The notes under the pieces are model-generated. The model was not told the DNA's origin and made no database searches. It saw nothing but the letters and a program-made list of their open reading frames with translations. DNA of 64,000 bases from an uncultured Armatimonadetes bacterium (lineage in GTDB: Bacteria > Armatimonadota > Hebobacteria > Hebobacterales > Hebobacteraceae): contig OY970296.1 in the NCBI GenBank assembly GCA_963716175.1, positions 1,408,001 to 1,472,000 of the forward strand, given 5' to 3'. Below are positions 30,830 to 38,200 of the stretch, in pieces. How positions within the stretch are numbered: position 1 is the stretch's first letter; every line of letters begins with the position of its first letter. The position numbers and the translations under genes were made by a program.

Positions 30830-32896
30830 GTGCCCAGAGCTTGCTTGCGCTCGTATTTACTGCTGGTAAACGCTATATCTCTCCTGCTGGCCTGCCTGGC
30901 GGCCGGTGCAGCCGAGGGAGAGAAGAAGACACAAGGGGCACCCGCGGCCGCGCCTCAGGCAGCGCGGACTGCTCCGGTCATCCATGGCGTCTACGTGCAG
31001 GCCGCGCCCAGCATAGATGGGAAGCTCGACGAGGCCTGCTGGAGCCAGGCCTCCCGGCTGGAGGGGTTCTTCTGCCCCAATGTGGACAGCCCGCCCCCCG
31101 ATGAGACCATCGGGCTGATCTGCCTGGACGAGAAGGCGCTCTACGTGGGCTTCATCTGCAACGACAAGACCCCCAACGATATCGTCGCCCGTGAGACTAA
31201 GCGCAATGGCGACATCGGCTCGGACGATTTCGTCCTGCTCGTGGTGGACCCCTGGCACAAGCACACCGACTTCTACCAGTTCGCGGTGAATGCCGCCGGC
31301 ACTCAGTTCGAGACCATCCCGGGTGGGTCGGCCACCAAGATCGAGTGGCGCGGCGACTGGAGCGGGGCCGCCACGCGCACTGCCACCGGGTGGCAAGCGG
31401 AGATGGCCATCCCCTATTCCATCCTCCGCTATCCCGCGGGCCAGACTACCTTCGGGCTGGCGATCGCCCGGCAGTTCGCGCAAGAGCGCATCATGTCCGT
31501 CTACCCCAACACGGGCCGCTCCGTTGACCCCACGCTCTTCCTCGACCTGGTGGGGCTGCGCCTTCCTGGCAGCGTGTCGCGGCCGGTGGTGATGTCCTAC
31601 CTCACCATGGACACCGCGGCCCTAGCCGGCGGCTACAAGACCGGGGTGGATGTTCAGTACAAGCTGCCCAATGGTTTGACTGCGCTGGGCGCCGCCAATC
31701 CGGATTTCACCCAGATCGAGGACACGGTCGAGCCCATCTCCTTCTCCTACACGGAGCGCTATCGCCCCGACCTGCGGCCCTTCTTCGTGACCGGCGAGGA
31801 CGGCTTCCTGCCCAGGGAGCATCTGCTCTACACGCGCCGGATCGAGAAGTTCGACGCCGGGGCCAAGCTCTTCGGCACCGTGGGCGATGAGACCATCGGC
31901 CTGCTCGATGCCATGACCTACGGACAGCAGAACGCCCTCGCCGCCTCCTGGCGACACCGCTTCGACGACAACACCGCCGCCAAGCTGCTGTTGGTCTCGG
32001 ATACCAGGATGGGTCCGATCGGCGATGAGCCGGGCGGCCTCGCCTACGGCCTGGATGCCAGCCACACCTGGCGCAATCCCAGGGGCGAGGACCAGATCTG
32101 GGCGGTCGCTTACCAGTCCAGAGAGCGATCCGCCAGCACCGGCGGGGCCTACTCTGCCGGCGGCTACCATGACTGGGGCAGCGGGAACATCAACTACTAC
32201 TGGCAGACCCGCTATGCGACCGATGATTTCAAGCCTTCCCTGGGCTACTATCCTGACATTGACAATGCCGGCGCAAGCTTCAGCACCTGGCGGTGGGACC
32301 GCTGTCCCAGCGGGCCCATCGAGACGCGCTCCTGGAATGTGGACACCTCCTACTACAGATTCCTGGAGCAGGAGGGGATCTATGAGGCCCGCATCGCGCC
32401 TGGTTACTACTGGGGGTGGCGGAATGGTCGCGCTTTCCGGCTTGGTTTCACTCGCGGTCGCCAGCTCAACTTCGACAGCTCGGACGTGAACGCTTACTAC
32501 GCCTGGAACGAGAAGGACATGTACCGGCGCGGCAGCGTCAGCCTGCTGAAGGGCAAGCGGGCCGGAGGAGACTACTCCTACCTATCGGTGGACCAGGGAT
32601 TCCGGGCAACCGGGCGGATGTCGCTGCGGTTGGGGGTCGAGTATGGGAGCCTGGTTGACGCGCCGGAGGACTCCGGCCGCTACTACCAGGGGGTGGTCAC
32701 CTCCTCCTATGACATCACATCGGAGAAGACCGTCGCCGCCCGCCTGATCGCGCGCAACGCCGGGTTCAGCGCCTACGCCGCCTATCGCCAGGTGGTGCGG
32801 CGGGGCGTGGACGCCTACGTCATCCTCGGCGACCCCGATCCGGAGCGCACCGGCTTCTCGCCGCGAATTGCCTTCAAGCTGATAAGGACGATGTAG
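30830..32896 (+). CDS. CBM9-like domain plus outer-membrane beta-barrel protein (DUF5916-like)
   Basis: Signal peptide, APSIDGKLDEACW, GWQAEMAIPYSILRY, NPDFTQIE, RPFF, LLYTRRI; terminal aromatic beta-strand. Confidence 0.75.
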   Translation: MPRACLRSYLLLVNAISLLLACLAAGAAEGEKKTQGAPAAAPQAARTAPVIHGVYVQAAPSIDGKLDEACWSQASRLEGFFCPNVDSPPPDETIGLICLDEKALYVGFICNDKTPNDIVARETKRNGDIGSDDFVLLVVDPWHKHTDFYQFAVNAAGTQFETIPGGSATKIEWRGDWSGAATRTATGWQAEMAIPYSILRYPAGQTTFGLAIARQFAQERIMSVYPNTGRSVDPTLFLDLVGLRLPGSVSRPVVMSYLTMDTAALAGGYKTGVDVQYKLPNGLTALGAANPDFTQIEDTVEPISFSYTERYRPDLRPFFVTGEDGFLPREHLLYTRRIEKFDAGAKLFGTVGDETIGLLDAMTYGQQNALAASWRHRFDDNTAAKLLLVSDTRMGPIGDEPGGLAYGLDASHTWRNPRGEDQIWAVAYQSRERSASTGGAYSAGGYHDWGSGNINYYWQTRYATDDFKPSLGYYPDIDNAGASFSTWRWDRCPSGPIETRSWNVDTSYYRFLEQEGIYEARIAPGYYWGWRNGRAFRLGFTRGRQLNFDSSDVNAYYAWNEKDMYRRGSVSLLKGKRAGGDYSYLSVDQGFRATGRMSLRLGVEYGSLVDAPEDSGRYYQGVVTSSYDITSEKTVAARLIARNAGFSAYAAYRQVVRRGVDAYVILGDPDPERTGFSPRIAFKLIRTM

Positions 32897-33003
32897 AGTC
32901 TATCGCAAAACCCGTTGGGCAGGAGCTTGCTCCTGCCACCCTTGGTCGCGGGGCGCAAGGCTGCGCTCACACCCGAAGGGCGGGCGCTTTTGCGACAGAT
33001 TCT
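32897..33003. repeat. MITE/REP-like element
   Basis: Imperfect terminal inverted repeat AGTCTATCGCAAAA ... TTTTGCGACAGATT with internal GGCAGGAGC..GCTCCTGCC hairpin. Confidence 0.5.
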
Positions 33004-33148
33004 GTAGGCCGACGGAGCCGTCTCTATGGGAGCCCTGTCCTCGGGGCGATCACGACAAGGAGCGATCCCACATCGCCCGCCGCGCCGCTGCTCCCGCGCC
33101 GCGGCTGCTGGCCTCACTAAGCACCCTCCGATGCGAAAGGCGGGGCCG

Positions 33149-33652
33149 CTACCTACCCAAAACGGTTACCAGAAGGTACAGCCAGGCGGCTGCTCCGAGC
33201 GCAACCAGGATTCGCCACGCCCAGGTTCCCCATGGCACGCGGCGTTGCGGTTGCGTGAGCTCGCTGTCCGGCGCCCCACGTACGACTGCAGCGCTCGCGG
33301 CCGGTATCACCACGAGCGATGTCAGCAACCAGCACAGCGGCCACAGGACCCATGTCACCCTTGTGGTGTCAATGTCGGCAGCTACTGTCAGCAGCAGGGT
33401 CCCGCCCATGCCCACCGCCGCGGCGGTCACCAAATCTGACCGCCTCCATGCCCGCGGGCGCCGCAGGATCGCGCAGACCGCCCCGCTCCCAGCGGCGAGC
33501 ATCCCCGCGACCGGGATTACAAGAAAGATCGCCTCGTGATTGGGACGAATGATCGATAGCTGCAGAGTCGTGAATGCGAACGCGACCACACCCGAAAGCA
33601 GAGCGGTCACGAACATGGCTCCAAGGCGCAGCAGGGTTCTGCCCACTCGCAT
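33149..33652 (-). CDS. Hypothetical membrane protein (about 5 TM)
   Basis: Hydrophobic segments; RBS GGAGG before MRVGRTLL. Confidence 0.55.
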   Translation of the reverse strand: MRVGRTLLRLGAMFVTALLSGVVAFAFTTLQLSIIRPNHEAIFLVIPVAGMLAAGSGAVCAILRRPRAWRRSDLVTAAAVGMGGTLLLTVAADIDTTRVTWVLWPLCWLLTSLVVIPAASAAVVRGAPDSELTQPQRRVPWGTWAWRILVALGAAAWLYLLVTVLGR

Positions 33653-33823
33653 CGCCTGCCTCCTTCCCGGGAGAGACTGCAACCCCCGTGGATCACACCT
33701 CGAATCTCAGGGGATAGCTCGGCAGTGGATCGCAAACCCCTCGGCCCCCTCTTCGTCACCGACCGCGATGCCCCCTGTATCCGCCCCTCAGCGACCAGGC
33801 CGGCCGACCGAAAGAGAACATCC

Positions 33824-34054
33824 TCACCTTGCGAGAAGCGCCCTGAACTCCTCGACGCTCAGGCCCGCGTCTCGGATCAGTCGCCGGAGAGTGCCGGCGT
33901 CAAGGTCCTTGGCCCGGGGAACCGTCAGCAGGAATCTACAGCCCCGCTTCTTCATCGTGACGTGAGAACTCTCTTGCCGTGCTACCACCCAGCCGTCTCG
34001 CGCGAAGGCCGCTATCGCCTGCCTTCCGGAGACCACCGGGAGTCTGGAGCGCAT
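33824..34054 (-). CDS. hicA: HicA family toxin (mRNA interferase)
   Basis: SRLPVVSGRQAIAAFARDGWVVARQESSHVTM..LTVP..DLDAGTLRRLIRDAGLSVEEF. Confidence 0.9.
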   Translation of the reverse strand: MRSRLPVVSGRQAIAAFARDGWVVARQESSHVTMKKRGCRFLLTVPRAKDLDAGTLRRLIRDAGLSVEEFRALLAR

Positions 34055-34131
34055 TTCATAACCTAGCCTGCTGGCTGGCCGCACCACGCCCTCGCATGAA
34101 ATGCGCCTGCCACGGCCTGACGTTGTGCAGT

Positions 34132-34170
34132 GCTGTTTCATAACCTCCCCTGGGGAGGTTATGAAACAGC
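34132..34170. repeat. Perfect 19-bp palindrome
   Basis: GCTGTTTCATAACCTCCCC-T-GGGGAGGTTATGAAACAGC. Confidence 0.85.
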
Positions 34171-34172
34171 TT

Positions 34173-34276
34173 CTAAGGAGCTTCGCCGAATGAAGTAACA
34201 CGGCGAAGCTCAAGAAGCGGCCCAGACAGGCACAGGGCGGTGTTCGCACATTACTTCGTTGTGCGAACATCATTAG
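34173..34276. repeat. Double-hairpin dispersed element, copy B (opposite orientation to 14400-14506)
   Basis: GAGCTTCGCCG-AATGAAGTAACA-CGGCGAAGCTC and TGTTCGCACA-TTACTTCGT-TGTGCGAACA; CTA..TAG termini. Confidence 0.75.
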
Positions 34277-34921
34277 TCACGCGCCTGCCGCCCTTAGACG
34301 CTTACGGCGCTCACCAGCTTCCTCTTCGGCCATCTCCTGCAACACAGAGAGGTAACTCGCGATCGCCTTTTTCAGATTGGCTTGCGCGTCCTCACGTGTT
34401 CGCCCCTGGGCGACGCAGCCGCGCAAGACGGGGCAGTACCCCACGAAGTATCCGCTCTCGCCAGGCTCCACCACCTCGGGTAGATCGTAATACGCCAGGT
34501 CCTGCGCTTTGGCCTTCGGCAGTTCCTTGCCCACCTCGCGCAGCGCATCTCCCATCGGAACCGTCAGCACCAACTGCCCCTCTGCCAGCACATCCACTAG
34601 CTTGCCGGGATTCGGCGAGAGATAGAAGATGCGCTTGCCGTCCGTGACCAGGGAGAGATCGGCCAGCGGCGCGGCTACTCTGGGCAGAGCTTTGCGCAGC
34701 CAACTCACCGCCCGGCGAATCTTCTGCAAAGAGACCCCAGCCTCGCGCAGCTCACTCATCACGCGCAACTGGACTACCTCGGTAGCTGACCAACCCCGCG
34801 CAGAACCGCTTCCCCGGGCTCCCTGTGTCGGCTTGATAACCATCTGCCTGACCCAGTAGTCCAACTGCCGGTAGGACACCCCAGCAAGCCGGCATGCCTC
34901 CTGCGATGTGTAGGTACGCAT
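34277..34921 (-). CDS. hicB: MerR-family (Rv1830/McdR-like) HTH fused to a C-terminal HicB antitoxin domain
   Basis: ACRLAGVSYRQLDYW..GSGSAR..GVSLQKIR..LVTDG..LVDVLAEGQLV followed by VVEPGESGYFVGYCPVLRGCVAQGRTREDAQANLKKAI; RBS GGAGGAGG. Confidence 0.85.
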   Translation of the reverse strand: MRTYTSQEACRLAGVSYRQLDYWVRQMVIKPTQGARGSGSARGWSATEVVQLRVMSELREAGVSLQKIRRAVSWLRKALPRVAAPLADLSLVTDGKRIFYLSPNPGKLVDVLAEGQLVLTVPMGDALREVGKELPKAKAQDLAYYDLPEVVEPGESGYFVGYCPVLRGCVAQGRTREDAQANLKKAIASYLSVLQEMAEEEAGERRKRLRAAGA

Positions 34922-34951
34922 AGTCACCTCCTCCCAGTGCTTCCACTCCGT

Positions 34952-34969
34952 AATTACATCTCCGTAACT
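34952..34969. promoter_or_regulatory. Putative operator of the MerR-HicB fusion
   Basis: AATTACA-TCTC-CGTAACT imperfect palindrome about 30 nt upstream of the start, next to a TATTAT/TATAGT -10. Confidence 0.5.
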
Positions 34970-35082
34970 ATAATACCTTCCATCAGATCTCCCCAATCAT
35001 GTACGGAAGCTGCCCTGCGGCTCTACCCCCCGCCTCTCTCGTCCAGTCCCCCGCCCCTCGCGCCAGTGGCCGGCGGCTCGCC

Positions 35083-35772
35083 TCACATCTTCCCCGCGTC
35101 CTTCAGGGAGACATACCTCCCGTTGCCGATGACGATGTGATCCAGCAGCGGGACCGACATCAGCTCGCCGGCCTGGCGCAGGCGCTGGGTGAGGACGATG
35201 TCCTCCTGGCTGGGGGTCGGGTCTCCGGTGGGGTGGTTGTGGCAGACGATCAAGGCAGCCGAGCCGTGAGCCAGCGCTTCCTTGAAGATCTCCCGGGGAC
35301 GGGCCGGGCTTCCCGAGAGGGTGCCGACAGAGATGGTCTCGACCCTGATCACCTGATTCCTGATGTCCAGGAAGATGGCCACCAGGCACTCCTGCTCGCG
35401 GTAGCGCAGCTCCTCCATCACCAGCCGGGCGGCGTCCGCGGCATTGGCCACCACCGGCCGGGGACCCTCGACGGAGGCGGCGAGGCGCTTGCCCAACTCG
35501 AAGGCGGCCTTCACCTGGGTTGCCTTGGCCAGCCCTATGCCGGGGAGGGCGGAAAGCTGGGGAATGCGCGCCCGGGCAATGCCCACCAGGCCGCCGAACT
35601 GGCTGAGCAGTCGCTCCGCCAGCCGCACCGCGGACTCTCCCCGCGAGCCCACGCGCAGCACGATCGCCAGCAGCTCCGCGGTGGAGAGCGCCTCCGGGCC
35701 ATACTGCTCCATGCGCTCCCTGGGCCGCTCTCCTACCGGCAAATCGCGAATCACCAGCCCGCGCTCGGTCAT
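35083..35772 (-). CDS. radC: RadC/JAB-domain protein
   Basis: ERPRERM..GPEALSTAELLAI, HNHPTGDPTPSQED, LLDHIVIG. Confidence 0.95.
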   Translation of the reverse strand: MTERGLVIRDLPVGERPRERMEQYGPEALSTAELLAIVLRVGSRGESAVRLAERLLSQFGGLVGIARARIPQLSALPGIGLAKATQVKAAFELGKRLAASVEGPRPVVANAADAARLVMEELRYREQECLVAIFLDIRNQVIRVETISVGTLSGSPARPREIFKEALAHGSAALIVCHNHPTGDPTPSQEDIVLTQRLRQAGELMSVPLLDHIVIGNGRYVSLKDAGKM

Positions 35773-35897
35773 GGGTCTCCCCCTCCTCCTGGGTTCAGGC
35801 TGCGTGCGCCGCGCCTGTGCTTCTCCTCGCGCCGGGCCCTACCTGCCTCTCGCTTGTTGGCTTCGGGCCGGTGTGCTAGAATGCTCCAGAGGGACGC

Positions 35898-36275
35898 GTG
35901 TTCGAGCTAACCGTTGACATCCCATTCTCGGCCGCGCATCAGATCTGCGGCCACCCCGGGCCCTGTCCGCGGCTGCACGGGCACAACTACCGCGCGGTGG
36001 TCACGGTCGCGGGGGAGCAGCTCGACGAGCTGGGGATGCTGATCGACTTCGCGGAGCTGAAGCAGATATGCGCGGAGGTGATCGCGCCCCTCGATCACAG
36101 CTACCTCAACGAGCTAGCCGCGTTCGCGGAGGTGAACCCCACGGCGGAGGCCCTGGCTCGCCATATCGCCTCCGGCCTGGCGCCCAGGCTGGCGGCGCGC
36201 TCTGGGGCCGGGGTGCGGGTGTTGCAGGTGACGGTATTCGAATCGGATCGCGCGTTTGCCACCTACCGAGGCTGA
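35898..36275 (+). CDS. queD: 6-carboxytetrahydropterin synthase
   Basis: FSAAH..CPRLHGHNY, IDF, LDHSYLN, NPTAE. Confidence 0.92.
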   Translation: MFELTVDIPFSAAHQICGHPGPCPRLHGHNYRAVVTVAGEQLDELGMLIDFAELKQICAEVIAPLDHSYLNELAAFAEVNPTAEALARHIASGLAPRLAARSGAGVRVLQVTVFESDRAFATYRG

Positions 36276-36279
36276 AGGC

Positions 36280-36972
36280 ATGGCTGCCATCGTGCTACTG
36301 AGCGGGGGTCTGGACTCGACCGTCAACCTCAAGCAAGCCAGGGATGAGGATGGGGTCGCGCTCGCGCTCACCTTCGATTACGGCCAGCGGGCGGCGGCGC
36401 GGGAGGCGGCGTGCGCGCGCTTCATGTGTCAGCAGCTCCAGGTGCCGTTTCGCCTGCTGCAACTCCCCTGGTTGGCCGATATCTGCGCCACTGCTCTGGT
36501 GAACCGTCGGGTGAGCGTGGTGGAGGTGAGGCCGGAACAGCTCGACCAGCCGGCCGTCACTAGCGGGGAGACGGCGCGGGCGGTGTGGGTGCCCAACCGC
36601 AATGGGGTTTTCGCGAATATCGGAGCCGCATTTGCGGAGAGCCTGAGCGCGGACAGCGTCGTAGCCGGGTTCAATGCCGAGGAAGCGATGACTTTCCCGG
36701 ACAACAGCCCCAGCTTCGTGGCCGCGACGAACGCCTGTCTGCGGCTGTCCACCCGCACTGGAGTGCGGCTGCTGAGCTACACGCAGCACCTGGAGAAAGC
36801 CGACATCGTCCGCCTGGGCCGGCGGATAGGGGCTCCTATCCCCTCCATCTGGAGCTGCTACCTGGGGCAAGCCGAGCATTGCGGGCGCTGCGAGTCCTGC
36901 GCCCGGCTGGAGCGGGCATTGCGCCAGGCCGGCGCCTGGGAGTGGTTCCACAGCCAGCGTTGGCTGCCCTGA
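36280..36972 (+). CDS. queC: 7-cyano-7-deazaguanine synthase
   Basis: LLSGGLDST, FDYGQR, VPNRN, WSCY..HCGRCESC. Confidence 0.93.
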   Translation: MAAIVLLSGGLDSTVNLKQARDEDGVALALTFDYGQRAAAREAACARFMCQQLQVPFRLLQLPWLADICATALVNRRVSVVEVRPEQLDQPAVTSGETARAVWVPNRNGVFANIGAAFAESLSADSVVAGFNAEEAMTFPDNSPSFVAATNACLRLSTRTGVRLLSYTQHLEKADIVRLGRRIGAPIPSIWSCYLGQAEHCGRCESCARLERALRQAGAWEWFHSQRWLP

Positions 36973-37098
36973 AGGGCCGGCTGCCCCCGGGCCAAGATAA
37001 GTCCCGGCCCCAGTGCCCAACAGAGCGCACAACCTGCATAGCGCGGTTCCCAGAGCCGGGACTTGTCGGCTGGAAGTGATGGCGACTAGACCTGAGGT

Positions 37099-38031
37099 CT
37101 AGATCAGCCGGTACGGATCCTGCAACGTAGTTTCACTGCGTGCTACGCGATTCCTGCTGAAGGGTATTGGCTCGGGAACCTGGGACGGCTCCGTGCTCAG
37201 CGCGGCTGCCTGGCCAAGCTGGTAGAGACGGCGGCCGAGTTGGTCGGCGGCGGCTCGCAGCAAGGGCAGCCAGCGCCGGATGTTCCGCTCTGTGAACCTG
37301 GCCAGCGGCACTGCCAGGCCCAGGCCTGCCACCACTTTGCCGCTGGCGTTCACCACCGGGACAGCCAGCCCGCAGGCGCCCAGCAGGCCTTCCTGGCGAG
37401 ACAGAGCATAGCCCTGTCTCCTCACCTGCGCCAGCTCCTCTCTCAGCCGCTGCGGGGAGGTGATAGTGTGCGGCGTGGCCGCGGGCAGCCCCTGGCCCAT
37501 CCAGGCCTCCAGTTCGGCCGGGGGAAGGCCGGCGAGGTAGCATTTCCCGGCGGCCACCGCGTGCATGGGCAGAGAGGGCGAGACCCGCGGGTCTACCTGC
37601 ACCGGGTGCCCGGAGAGCGCGGTCGCCACCAATGGCGTCTCTCGCCGGAAGATATCGGGAATGCCCAGCCCAGCGGTCTCGCCGCTGGCCTGGGCCAGTT
37701 GGCGCAGTATCTCCTGCACCTGCTGCGGCTGCGACCGGAGGTGGTCGAGCCGGAAGGCGGCCGCTAGCCACGACATGGGCTCCCAGCGGTAGCGATCATT
37801 GGCTGCTTCTCTGGCCACCATTCCGCTCGCGACCAGGGTGCGGAGCAGCCGCAGCACGGTGGTCTTGTGCAGCCCCAGCTCCCTGCTCAGGTCGGACAGT
37901 TGCCTGCCCTCCGGTGCGACGAGAAGCGACCCCAGGATGCGAACTGCCCGCTCCACGGAGCGCACCAGAGGCATCTTGACATCGCCCGCGCCCACTACCC
38001 GCCCGCCTGCGTTCCCGCTCGCTGCTGGCAT
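37099..38031 (-). CDS. IclR family transcriptional regulator
   Basis: VRSVERAVRIL, LGLHKTTVLRLLRTL, SGETA, PMHAVAAGK, TPHTIT, VRRQGYA, LAVPV. Confidence 0.92.
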   Translation of the reverse strand: MPAASGNAGGRVVGAGDVKMPLVRSVERAVRILGSLLVAPEGRQLSDLSRELGLHKTTVLRLLRTLVASGMVAREAANDRYRWEPMSWLAAAFRLDHLRSQPQQVQEILRQLAQASGETAGLGIPDIFRRETPLVATALSGHPVQVDPRVSPSLPMHAVAAGKCYLAGLPPAELEAWMGQGLPAATPHTITSPQRLREELAQVRRQGYALSRQEGLLGACGLAVPVVNASGKVVAGLGLAVPLARFTERNIRRWLPLLRAAADQLGRRLYQLGQAAALSTEPSQVPEPIPFSRNRVARSETTLQDPYRLI

Positions 38032-38200
38032 CTGTGGTCCCCTCCCGAATTTGCAATGGCGTTTCGTGATTCGGCACGGCCGCTCTCCTCCCTCTTGGGG
38101 CGTGCTGCTGGTGCCAGCGCAGGCTCCGGCCCTTGACCGGCGCCCATGGGCCCTCTATCATGGCCCCGCAGCTCCCGATATTGCCTGCCAAGGTGGGTTC

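Noticed and set aside
33000-35772. Genomic island or prophage around hicBA-radC
   Set aside because: No integrase, att repeats or phage genes; radC is the full-length housekeeping type.
35780-36972. preQ1 riboswitch or a 7-deazaguanine DNA-modification (dpd) island at queD-queC
   Set aside because: The leader is very short with no aptamer pattern and there are no dpd/tgtA genes; ordinary queuosine biosynthesis is more likely.
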